IMG/VR virus record: IMGVR_UViG_3300033463_000008
DNA: 64,000 nucleotides
Reading direction: 5' to 3' (one strand)
Source of the DNA: a virus
Taxonomy: Duplodnaviria; Caudoviricetes
Shown: one piece after another, positions 1 to 8,502 of the stretch
Position numbering within the stretch: the stretch's first letter is position 1
Layout of the letters: each line of letters begins with the position of its first letter
Program-made: the position numbers and the translations under genes
Notes under the pieces: model-generated
Told to the model about the DNA's origin: nothing
Database searches by the model: none
What the model saw: the letters and a program-made list of their open reading frames with translations, nothing else

Positions 1-2510
1 ATCTCCTCGCTAGGAATGTTAAACTGGACAATTTCGTTATCGTTCGTGTAATTGGTGATGTTTCCGGTTTCCGGATCAATAAGAGCCTTCGCCGTCTTTG
101 TGCACAGGATATTCCTCACGAGCTTGATGTAGTTCATCCCGTAAAGGAGGTAATCGAAGAGAACGGAACCGTCAACTTCATGAAGATTCTTTACGGTTTC
201 AGAATCCTTGAAAGTCAGCACGTCAGAACCGGGTTCCATGCTCCAGGTCTTGATTGTGTTGATAATCGCCTCAAGGACACCCATCTCCGATGAACCGCTG
301 TTCTTCGCATCTTCCCATGCGTCCACTATCGGCCTGTACACCTGTTGCATCACGTTGGACCAGATATACCCGACATACTTATCGGTAATTCGGTCGCTCG
401 GATCATACGGCTTGACATGCGATGTGTAGTAATACGTCAGAAGAGTCTGCATATCCTTCTGGTTCGGGAGCTTGAAAGTGAAAGAACGGTTTTGGAGAGT
501 CCCGTTATAGGAAACATCCGCATTTAGCGTAAATTCAGGTCCGTCAAACGTGACCGTGCCGGGCGCGATAAAGTCAGACGTGAGCACGCCAAGCCACGGG
601 TAATCTTCAAGGTCAAGCCCGTCATATCCATTGTCGGGGACAGTAAACGTCACATCCACCCCGGCAACTTCCGGCATCGTATGGACAATGGACGCAATCC
701 TTGAACGGTAAATCGGTGAACAGAATTCAGTATTGTCCTTCAGGAACTTGTAGACAGCCTTGGTTATCTTTTCACGCACGTCGGTAAAGTTGTTGCCCTT
801 GTAAAGGGTGACATCCATGTGCATCGACATGTTGTGGACGGTCGGGAACACGAAGTTATGGTATCCGCCACCAAGCGTAACCATCGAACGGCGGTTCAGT
901 GCAACCATGATAGAATGAAGCTCGCTGCCATCCACCACATAGTCCAACGGCGTAACCATTGCGCCAAATACGCGGTAGTCCGGCTTGACCACCGGAATAT
1001 ACGGCAAGATAGCCTTCTGCATAATAGTCGCAAGCGTGGTCTCGTCCACGATTTCGGAAAGCGCCTTGTTGATGTTGGACACAATCTTTGCGCCATCGTG
1101 TGCAACCACGGAATTGTCAAGTTCCTCGTAGTCGTATTCCCACGTGTTCATGAGACCGTTCACCTTGAAGCCGCTGAGGAAATATTCCGACGGGGCAGTC
1201 GGGTAGTACTTGCCGTCTTTTTCACGATAAAGGTCTTTCAGCGCACTGAACCGAATCTGGTTCATATACTTCACGTTGATTCCGCCATTCGGGAGCTTCG
1301 TATTCAAGATGTCCTCGCCGTAAGCGGATGCATACTTGATGTCGGCGTAACGGCGAAGGAAGGTCTTGTATCCACGGCGGGTGACAAGGCGGTCAAGCGA
1401 ATTGTAAATCTGGGAAGCGTTGTTCTTGATTGAATCGATGCTCTCGATGTTCAGACCACCGCGAATGTCGGTAGTAAGGAACATGTTAAGGTCGGAAACA
1501 AGAAGGTCGCTTTCCTTGCCATTTGCCTGGGTGATGCGAATACCGCCACCAGCAACGGAAAGCGTGGTGCCTTCCACGCCAAGAAGGTTTCCCTGTTCCC
1601 CGGAGGTGGAAAAGTACTTGACGATAATGTCGCCGTACGGGATTGCGGATTTCAGCCCATCACCAAATCGCAATTCAACACCGCCATCATTGGAAGTCCC
1701 TACGATTACAGTATAGTTGGTCGTAAAGTTCTTGTCGCCATCCGCAAATTTCTGAATGTCGTTCGCATTGTCTTCATTGCTCGGGTCAATAAGCCCGCGG
1801 CGGGAAATACGCCAATACAGACGGTCGTTCTTCACCGTATTCGGGTCGATGTTGTCAACTAGCGTGGCATCGCTGGTGACAGTCGTAAAACACGCGGCAC
1901 GCTGGGTAATATGCCCATCGTCCGCATAGTTCGGATCGTTTTCGCCAAAGTAATCGGAGAATGTAGGGTCATTGAGGTAGAATACCTGGTTCTGCTGCCC
2001 ATTGGAAATCAATGCGTCAGTACGGTACGTTCCTTCTACAAGCACCGCCACGCCGGAAACAAGCTTCATCAGTCCGGTCGAATCTTCGTCAGTTGCACGG
2101 TCATATCCGAATTCCATGTCGGTAACGGCAGTGAGCGTTCTTGCACTCATTGAAAATACAGTCCCCTTCGGGATATACACCCGGACAGTGTCATAGACAC
2201 CGGACTTCGTGAGGCGCAGGCCAATTCCCGCCTTTGCAGGAACCGGACGGCGGACGCTGTAACCAAGCATCCTGGCACCGGCATAGACCGATGATGAGTT
2301 CTCTGCGGTTTCAAGGAAGGCGTTTGCAAATACCGCTTCGGCATAGTATGCCATAAGGTCGCTCTGGCCTGCAAACAATTCAATAAGAGTCTTGCCGTAG
2401 GAGCTTGCGCCGAAGTCAGCCAGCCGGCCTTCCTTGGCCTGGAGAATCGAAACAAGATGGTCCCTGGCCTCTTCAAATGAGATTATTCCATACTTACGTG
2501 CAACTGCCAT
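1..2510 (-). CDS. gp6: Baseplate wedge subunit, T4 gp6-like (3' end runs off the window; absent from the ORF track)
   Basis: Manual translation from ATG at 2510 (MAVARKYGIISFEEARDHL...NAFLETAENSSSVYAGARMLGYSVRRP...ELRFGDGL...GGLNIESIDSIKNNA...DRLVTRRGY) stays open to position 1; these are gp6/baseplate-J family motifs; TATAAACT upstream. Confidence 0.88.
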   Translation of the reverse strand, partial: MAVARKYGIISFEEARDHLVSILQAKEGRLADFGASSYGKTLIELFAGQSDLMAYYAEAVFANAFLETAENSSSVYAGARMLGYSVRRPVPAKAGIGLRLTKSGVYDTVRVYIPKGTVFSMSARTLTAVTDMEFGYDRATDEDSTGLMKLVSGVAVLVEGTYRTDALISNGQQNQVFYLNDPTFSDYFGENDPNYADDGHITQRAACFTTVTSDATLVDNIDPNTVKNDRLYWRISRRGLIDPSNEDNANDIQKFADGDKNFTTNYTVIVGTSNDGGVELRFGDGLKSAIPYGDIIVKYFSTSGEQGNLLGVEGTTLSVAGGGIRITQANGKESDLLVSDLNMFLTTDIRGGLNIESIDSIKNNASQIYNSLDRLVTRRGYKTFLRRYADIKYASAYGEDILNTKLPNGGINVKYMNQIRFSALKDLYREKDGKYYPTAPSEYFLSGFKVNGLMNTWEYDYEELDNSVVAHDGAKIVSNINKALSEIVDETTLATIMQKAILPYIPVVKPDYRVFGAMVTPLDYVVDGSELHSIMVALNRRSMVTLGGGYHNFVFPTVHNMSMHMDVTLYKGNNFTDVREKITKAVYKFLKDNTEFCSPIYRSRIASIVHTMPEVAGVDVTFTVPDNGYDGLDLEDYPWLGVLTSDFIAPGTVTFDGPEFTLNADVSYNGTLQNRSFTFKLPNQKDMQTLLTYYYTSHVKPYDPSDRITDKYVGYIWSNVMQQVYRPIVDAWEDAKNSGSSEMGVLEAIINTIKTWSMEPGSDVLTFKDSETVKNLHEVDGSVLFDYLLYGMNYIKLVRNILCTKTAKALIDPETGNITNYTNDNEIVQFNIPSEE

Positions 2511-2533
2511 ACATCATTTCCTCTTTCGCCAAC

Positions 2534-2571
2534 AGTTTATAACGTTTTTGGGGTAGGTGCCACTATAAACT
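2534..2571. promoter_or_regulatory. Back-to-back late promoters (TATAAACT) for gp6 (-) and gp14 (+)
   Basis: agtttata at 2534-2541 and tataaact at 2564-2571. Confidence 0.75.
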
Positions 2572-2587
2572 ACACCAAGAGGTTCAG

Positions 2588-3607
2588 ATGCCGATTTTCG
2601 ATTTACCAGTTACAGGATTTTGCAGGGCTACCCGAGTGGTCGTCCCCAATTTCAGCGTGCTTGCACATGTGCAGGAAGGCATGTGGGACCCGAAGGCCAC
2701 CGGTAACGTCGAACGTTCTGAACTCGCGCAGGCCAACCAGCCCGTATTCGAGCATACCGGGCGCCTGGGACGCATCATGACCTTCCGCAAGCAGAATTCC
2801 TTCAAGACGCAGAATCTTATCGCCATTGAACAGCGTGCGGCGACACTTGGCATGGGTGGCATCAACGTTTCCTATTATACCACAACATTCAATGCCTCGG
2901 CAAACCCGGTTACCCACGAAGACAACGCCCGCACCATTGACAGGGTATTTGATATCCCGGTGATAGGTGGATTCGATCCGCAGACCGAACTGTACAGTAG
3001 AATCGGTCTGCAGTTCAGTACGAAAAAGGAAATTTACATCAACATGGACCTATTCCTCGAACTGAATTACCAGTCATTGAAGGAACATGGGGTTATCCCA
3101 GAATGCAACCCGGCTGACCACGACCCGATTTATTCACAGCGCGGCTACTCAAAGTTCAATTACTATGGGTATTCTGCAGGGCAAATATATCCCAAGGCCG
3201 GCGACCTCATAAAAATGCTGAACGACAAGATAACCTTCCAGGTTACAAGCATTACCGACGAGCTGCCCGAATTCCAGCCCGGTTTCCGCAAATACTGGTG
3301 GAAGGCATATCTGGATGTGGCTGTGGACAGCGGCCAGATTGTCGCGGAAGATGTTGCAAACAGCCCGGTCAACAAGCACTTCATCGACAACCTGTTCGGT
3401 CAGGCTTCCCTCGGAAAGGCCACCGACGGCACATCGACGGAAAAGGAACTTACCGATTCCGCAGGCAACCCGCTTGCCATCAGGGACGAAGACCTCGCCA
3501 AGCTCAAGGACGCCATCTTGTTCCGTCCACCCGAAGTGGACGAATGTGTCAAGGATATCACCGGCGACCCGAACTACCAGGCATGCCCATCTATGGGAAG
3601 CTGGTAA
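2588..3607 (+). CDS. gp14: Neck protein, T4 gp14-like
   Basis: GINVSYY...HED...GGF...SRIGL...PKAGDLI...FQV...PEFQPG pattern resembles gp14; near gp13. Confidence 0.72.
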   Translation: MPIFDLPVTGFCRATRVVVPNFSVLAHVQEGMWDPKATGNVERSELAQANQPVFEHTGRLGRIMTFRKQNSFKTQNLIAIEQRAATLGMGGINVSYYTTTFNASANPVTHEDNARTIDRVFDIPVIGGFDPQTELYSRIGLQFSTKKEIYINMDLFLELNYQSLKEHGVIPECNPADHDPIYSQRGYSKFNYYGYSAGQIYPKAGDLIKMLNDKITFQVTSITDELPEFQPGFRKYWWKAYLDVAVDSGQIVAEDVANSPVNKHFIDNLFGQASLGKATDGTSTEKELTDSAGNPLAIRDEDLAKLKDAILFRPPEVDECVKDITGDPNYQACPSMGSW

Positions 3608-4270
3608 TTACACAAGTTTCCAAAAGTTTTCTTCAAGCAACTTTGCATCATCAGGATCCAGCGGTTTCTGCGACGCTATCCAATCCTTAATGCGCTGTAT
3701 AATGGACTTCTTAGGTTCAGATTCCTTTGATTCGGGATGGGCAAGCTCTTCAATCGTGTCCGCAACCTTGTATTCGTTGTTCACGCAATGCTCCAGGCCA
3801 TTTTCGTCTACGAGGAACTTAATCATTCCCTCATACTTGAGAATGTAGCTCGTTTCGCTTTCCTTGTGGTACAGGTAGACACGGTGCTTCCCCGTGCGCT
3901 CATCAAAGTACCAATAGCCGACAACGCCGTCATACGCCTTGACGAACAAATATCCAAGATTGACGCCATCAGCCACGGCATGGTCAATCACCACCCTGCG
4001 TTCATATCGGGAAGCCATCTTGTCAATCAGCTTCAAGGTAAGCGCTTCATGGAAAATCCTGAGTCCGGGGCAAGTCACCGCCACGTGCTCATTCCCGATA
4101 TTCTCGAAGAAGCACCGGAACTTGCCGATGAAGAACTGGCTCTTGGAGATGGGGTCCACCGCCGTTTCGCGGAGAATCGTGAGGTCTTTGTTCAAGTTGG
4201 CTGCCTTGTCGTGTGCAGCAATGTATCGCAGCATTTCAGCCACGGTGATAAGGTCGTATTTCGGGTTCAT
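3608..4270 (-). CDS. Hypothetical protein (start moved to ATG 4270)
   Basis: Open frame; TTTGTTATATTTT promoter-like motif 4 nt upstream of ATG 4270, and a hairpin lies inside the longer ORF-track extension. Confidence 0.65.
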   Translation of the reverse strand: MNPKYDLITVAEMLRYIAAHDKAANLNKDLTILRETAVDPISKSQFFIGKFRCFFENIGNEHVAVTCPGLRIFHEALTLKLIDKMASRYERRVVIDHAVADGVNLGYLFVKAYDGVVGYWYFDERTGKHRVYLYHKESETSYILKYEGMIKFLVDENGLEHCVNNEYKVADTIEELAHPESKESEPKKSIIQRIKDWIASQKPLDPDDAKLLEENFWKLV

Positions 4271-4355
4271 ATGTAAAATATAACAAAGTTCAATGTTGTA
4301 TGCAACGGAAAAGGCCGGCAAAATGCCGACCTTTAACACATAGGAGGAAATTCAA

Positions 4356-4673
4356 TTAGTCGTCTTTCTCTTCTTTCTTGTCCGACTTGCTGTTGTACTT
4401 TGCACCCTTTTCGGCAGCCATACGCTGTTTAAGCTTCTCGGTCGGGATGTCATGGAACATCTTGCGGTGGAGGTCCTTGTAGCTAGCCTTGACATTGTTC
4501 CTGTACTGCGGGTCAAGGTACTTCGAGTCCATCCAAGGAGCGTCTTCTTTGACGCCTTCGAAGCAAACTTTGGCTGCGGAACGGACTGCCTCACACAATC
4601 CGGTTGCACCGCTAGCCTTCTCGAAATTGGTGAGGAAGGTGTTAAATTTTTTAATACGTTCGTTGAGATCCAT
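4356..4673 (-). CDS. Small basic protein with shared N-terminal leader (putative head-internal protein)
   Basis: KKFNTFL...GLCEAVRSAAKVCFEG leader; GGAG RBS; TATAAGCT at 4700-4707. Confidence 0.7.
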   Translation of the reverse strand: MDLNERIKKFNTFLTNFEKASGATGLCEAVRSAAKVCFEGVKEDAPWMDSKYLDPQYRNNVKASYKDLHRKMFHDIPTEKLKQRMAAEKGAKYNSKSDKKEEKDD

Positions 4674-4702
4674 TGTTAAACTCCGGAATGTTTTACTACA
4701 GC

Positions 4703-5464
4703 TTATATACCGGACAAATCGGTCATCATGAATGCACCCGGCGATTCCTTGATAACCTTCTCTTCCAGCTTTTCAAGACGGGCAGCAGCCGTATCATAGA
4801 TTTCCTTGCCGTTGATGGTCAACCCGCCCGGCATCGTAAAGGTATGCTTCTTCAAGATGATGCCAAGCTGTTCCTGTGCCCGCCAGAAAGCCATGTCACG
4901 GAATAGGATGTTGTTGTAGAGCTCGGACTTCTTGGCCTTCAGGTACACTTCAGCAACCGCGTTCGTCCTGGACCTCGGGGTCGGGTATATCCTCAGGAGA
5001 TGGTCCGTCGGATGGAACTTGATATGATACTGCGTGCCGACAAGCTTCTTCACGTCCTCCAGGTAGCGCAACGCGCCTGAATAGGTAATGAGGTCAAACT
5101 GCCCAAGGCCACCAAGACCGGCACCACCGACACCCATCAGGGATTCACCCGGCCCAACGTCCCATGCCATCATCGGGCTGAACGTGTTGCCGTAACTCGG
5201 GTTCACTTCAATGACGTTGACGACATTAGGCGGAACACGATATTCCATGACCCCCGGAACAAGATGGAGGACCATGAGGTCAATGTACTGGGCTTCGTCC
5301 ACACAATAACGGTAGAAGAAGTCCTCGGTGTCCTCAATAGCCATGTGTACATGGCCGAGACCACGGTCTTCTTCCACGACCATTTCAATTTCCTGACACT
5401 GCCCGCCCATCCTGGAAATGATACGGCGCACCATGTCATCGCGTGTGATATACTTGGCATCCAT
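4703..5464 (-). CDS. gp13: Neck protein, T4 gp13-like
   Basis: IISRMGG..EIE...AIE at N-terminus; QLGIILKKH...MPGGLTINGKEIY at C-terminus, typical of gp13. Confidence 0.85.
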   Translation of the reverse strand: MDAKYITRDDMVRRIISRMGGQCQEIEMVVEEDRGLGHVHMAIEDTEDFFYRYCVDEAQYIDLMVLHLVPGVMEYRVPPNVVNVIEVNPSYGNTFSPMMAWDVGPGESLMGVGGAGLGGLGQFDLITYSGALRYLEDVKKLVGTQYHIKFHPTDHLLRIYPTPRSRTNAVAEVYLKAKKSELYNNILFRDMAFWRAQEQLGIILKKHTFTMPGGLTINGKEIYDTAAARLEKLEEKVIKESPGAFMMTDLSGI

Positions 5465-5470
5465 GCCAGC

Positions 5471-5482
5471 AGTTTATAAGCT
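5471..5482. promoter_or_regulatory. Overlapping divergent late promoters AGTTTATAAGCT
   Basis: TATAAACT on - (5471-5478) and TATAAGCT on + (5475-5482); each has an ATG 6 nt downstream (5464 and 5489). Confidence 0.65.
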
Positions 5483-5488
5483 ATGGTC

Positions 5489-5962
5489 ATGGAACCAATC
5501 GAACTACTGCGAACCAGCGTCTTCAGGACTACGAACAATCCCGAACTGACCGATGCCATCATCAGGATATTCGAGACTGCCGGGGATGATACCAATGTCG
5601 CCATGGAAGCTCTTGGCAGGCTGGTAGGCTACGAGTTCGGCGAGTTCATCATGCAGCTCGCCGATATCGCATTTGACCGTGAACCGGCACTGTGTGTCGA
5701 TCCGTTATACCAAGATGCCTCGGTTGAAACCGAGGCCCGCCCGAAACACGCGACGGGATGCTTTGTCCAGCCAATAATCGCACAGGGAAACATGGCAAAG
5801 AACCTGCGGGATGACCAGCAGTGGAAGCACATCAGGAAATTCAATCCTATGCTGGAACAGGAAATCATCAAGTTTAACAACATGAATGAATTTGAAAAGT
5901 TGCGGTACTTGACCGCCAAGGAAATGGCGCAAAAATATCCGATTGGGCGGACCCGTACTTAG
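5489..5962 (+). CDS. Hypothetical protein with leader-like N-terminus (alternative start 5483)
   Basis: MEPIELLRTSVFRTTNNPELTDAIIRIFETA; late-promoter-like motif upstream. Confidence 0.65.
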   Translation: MEPIELLRTSVFRTTNNPELTDAIIRIFETAGDDTNVAMEALGRLVGYEFGEFIMQLADIAFDREPALCVDPLYQDASVETEARPKHATGCFVQPIIAQGNMAKNLRDDQQWKHIRKFNPMLEQEIIKFNNMNEFEKLRYLTAKEMAQKYPIGRTRT

Positions 5963-6540
5963 CGGAACATTCGCGGGAAAGCATCTACCGTGCCAAACAG
6001 TTCAAATTTCGGGGAATAATCTTTCCAATCCTTAATCAGGGTTGAATTCTTCGAGTGTCCGCCTGGCGGAATGGCAACCGGAATATGCGAGTGTTCAGCA
6101 GTAGATTTAAAATCCCCCACGACCCCAACGGCAAACGCATCGCCCGTAATACCAATCGTATCAACCAGCAGTTTAACCTTCTTGCCCAAGTTGGCGGCAA
6201 TGTATTCCTTTACATCAGGATGGTCATCTGGAACCCCGAAAGACAATGTGCAGCGTTCACATTTCATTTCCCACCCATAAGGTGCCAACGGCTGCATTAC
6301 ATCAATTAGACGGCGTGTTGACGCCCCATCAAGAAAAATCCCGAAGAAAACGGCATGGTTTCCTTCGGGCAGTTCCATTAAATGTTCGAGGTTGAAATTA
6401 TAGCGCCAATCAGCACCATACTGTTTGGTCCACTGAATCATAACAGAATCACCCAGATCGTGTCCAGCTTTTTCCGACTCAATCCACTTGTGCCGGAGCA
6501 TTTCTTCTTTCTGGGCAGCCATGATATCAGCCATCTTCAT
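5959..6540 (-). CDS. DUF4032-like domain fused to a degenerate 2H phosphoesterase-like domain
   Basis: EEMLRHKWIESEKAGHDLG...W (DUF4032-like); C-terminal GIFLD..S...GW..CERCTLSFG...LGKKVKL...AVGV...SHIPVAI..GG...S..IKDW matches phage 2H domains but both HxT motifs are altered. Confidence 0.6.
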   Translation of the reverse strand: MKMADIMAAQKEEMLRHKWIESEKAGHDLGDSVMIQWTKQYGADWRYNFNLEHLMELPEGNHAVFFGIFLDGASTRRLIDVMQPLAPYGWEMKCERCTLSFGVPDDHPDVKEYIAANLGKKVKLLVDTIGITGDAFAVGVVGDFKSTAEHSHIPVAIPPGGHSKNSTLIKDWKDYSPKFELFGTVDAFPRMFR

Positions 6541-6591
6541 ATTAGATCCCCCTCAGGAAATATAGTACGAAAATGTTACGCCATCTACGGC

Positions 6592-7074
6592 TTAGCCATC
6601 AAACTGAGTGAACTTGTAGATGATGTCGGTCATCTTTTCGTCAAAATCGGCGTAAATATTTTTCACGCCTTCCGACATCTTAGGATTCTTTGCCGCCACG
6701 TCAGCCATGTGTGACTGAAGTTCTTTGAGCTTGGCAATGACGGTCTCGTCATCGACCTTCACATCAGCAGCCGGCTTCCCCGTGATGGCAACATAACTCT
6801 CGGCAAGACGGTCACCGACATCACGGCAAAGGTCATATGCATCCTGCAATAGAGTATGCTTCGACATCTTTTTGACCCCCCAGTGTATCTTATTCAAGTC
6901 ATTGGAGGAGTCAAGGAGCCAATTGGCAGTGTCCTTGACACTGTCGTAGTTTCCGCCCTTACCATCAGCAGCTTCTAATCTGGCAACCATGAGGGCGATA
7001 GACTTCGCAACCATCGGATCGCCGGTAATCTTTGTGGCTGCTTCAACAAGAATCTTGGTTTTGACGGAATTCAT
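6592..7074 (-). CDS. Ferritin/Dps-like four-helix protein with leader-like N-terminus
   Basis: IHW..K..KH..L..AY.......DRLAESY pattern of Dps-like/ferritin-like phage proteins; GAGG RBS; TATAAACT at 7098-7105. Confidence 0.6.
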   Translation of the reverse strand: MNSVKTKILVEAATKITGDPMVAKSIALMVARLEAADGKGGNYDSVKDTANWLLDSSNDLNKIHWGVKKMSKHTLLQDAYDLCRDVGDRLAESYVAITGKPAADVKVDDETVIAKLKELQSHMADVAAKNPKMSEGVKNIYADFDEKMTDIIYKFTQFDG

Positions 7075-7112
7075 AAGAACCTCTTTTTAACAACAGCAGT
7101 TTATAGTCATCA

Positions 7113-7196
7113 CTACAGGAGTCCGCTCCAATCATCATGATTGAAGAATATGACCCCGGCAGCAATGACTACCGCAACTATCACTAGCGACGACAT
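7113..7196 (-). CDS. Putative 27-aa single-TM peptide
   Basis: MSSLVIVAVVIAAGVIFFNHDDWSGLL*; starts 4 nt after the upstream stop and fills the gap. Confidence 0.4.
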   Translation of the reverse strand: MSSLVIVAVVIAAGVIFFNHDDWSGLL

Positions 7197-7199
7197 GGT

Positions 7200-7790
7200 T
7201 TATTCGCCATCGGCTGCTTTGACCTGTTCAGGTTCCTTGACAGCAGCCTTCGGCTTGCGCTGACGCTTCGGACGGGTGGACACAGTTACCTGTCCGCCCA
7301 TTTCGCTACCGACGGATATGCCATTGGCTACAGGATTCGCATCCACGACGACTTCCGCATTGGCAGGAACGTTCGGTGCAAAGATAGGTTCGGCAGGAGC
7401 CTGTTCAGCGGCGGGAGGAGCCATGAACAATTCCTGTCCAGACAATTCCTGGTCCAGCTTGGCGAGGAATGCATGATAGCGTTCCTTAATGGACTCGATG
7501 ATAGCCTTCTGTTCGCCGGAAAGCACCGGGCTGATTCCAGCAGTAGCGGCCTTCTGTGCTGCTGCGGTTGCACGCTGTCGTGCAATAATTTCCGCAACGG
7601 AATTGTTCTGTGCAGGCTTGGCACCCCGTACAGCAATAACTTTACGTGCAGCTTCGCTTGCCTTGCGTTGCGCGGCAAGAATATCGGCCACGGAGTTGCC
7701 AGCTGGCTTAACTGCCGGACGTGCCGGTACAGCCTTGCGCGTTGCATTAGATGCCCTCTGCTGGGCAGCAAGAATTTCTTGGATTGTCAT
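7200..7790 (-). CDS. Ala/Gln-rich protein with three helical repeats
   Basis: TIQEILAAQQRA / SVADILAAQRKA / SVAEIIARQRAT; AAGGAAG RBS. Confidence 0.7.
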   Translation of the reverse strand: MTIQEILAAQQRASNATRKAVPARPAVKPAGNSVADILAAQRKASEAARKVIAVRGAKPAQNNSVAEIIARQRATAAAQKAATAGISPVLSGEQKAIIESIKERYHAFLAKLDQELSGQELFMAPPAAEQAPAEPIFAPNVPANAEVVVDANPVANGISVGSEMGGQVTVSTRPKRQRKPKAAVKEPEQVKAADGE

Positions 7791-7824
7791 TGTGTTATCT
7801 TCCTTTCGTTATAAAATTATTTCC

Positions 7825-8502
7825 TTATGGACGCATGCTCCGCATGATATCCAAAGTGCCCTCGGTATCGACAACCGGGGAAGGTTCCGAGGCAGGAGAT
7901 GGCGGTGGAGGCGTCATGGCTTCCGGAGGTGGAGCCATCCATGTCTCCCACTGCTGCGGGGGAGCCGCCTGTGGAGCTGTCGGTTGCATCGGTGCCGGAG
8001 AAAGCCATTCATCCCAACCACCCTGCGCACCCTGTGACGCAGGAACCGTGCCCGCTGAAGCTCCGCTTGCCGACCACGGATCATATTCAGGGGACATGTC
8101 AAAACCAGCGGCAGAACCGACATAACCGGATGGACGGCCCCATGGATCCGTCAACCTCTTATTAGTTTCTTCCTCACTCGGCTTCCGGTACGGATTCCCA
8201 TTGCTGGGCAATTCCAAATCCTGCATCGACACATAGCGCCACGGGACAAATGTACGCGTTCCGTCACGGGCCACATATTCATCCGGACTTTCCCTCCGGA
8301 TAATCCTCGCCATATCACCTTCAGGAGCCTTCCCGTCATAAGTACGGTCTTCGATGAAGGCACGTTGCCTATCGGCTGGAGTCATCGGTTTCGGCTGAGG
8401 GGCAGGTGCACTAGGCTTCATATTGGGACGGCGTTGCTGTCTGGCAATACGGTCGGCTTCACATGCCCTTCGCTGCTGTTCGATTATTTCGGCGACTGTC
8501 AT
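7825..8502 (-). CDS. Pro-rich hypothetical protein
   Basis: Start overlaps gp15 stop (ATGA); N-terminal TVAEIIEQQRRA resembles the repeats of the next gene. Confidence 0.7.
   Translation of the reverse strand: MTVAEIIEQQRRACEADRIARQQRRPNMKPSAPAPQPKPMTPADRQRAFIEDRTYDGKAPEGDMARIIRRESPDEYVARDGTRTFVPWRYVSMQDLELPSNGNPYRKPSEEETNKRLTDPWGRPSGYVGSAAGFDMSPEYDPWSASGASAGTVPASQGAQGGWDEWLSPAPMQPTAPQAAPPQQWETWMAPPPEAMTPPPPSPASEPSPVVDTEGTLDIMRSMRP

Noticed and set aside
208-2476. Short ORFs listed in the first 2.5 kb
   Set aside because: All overlap the continuous minus-strand gp6 frame (1-2510), missed by the track because its stop lies outside the window
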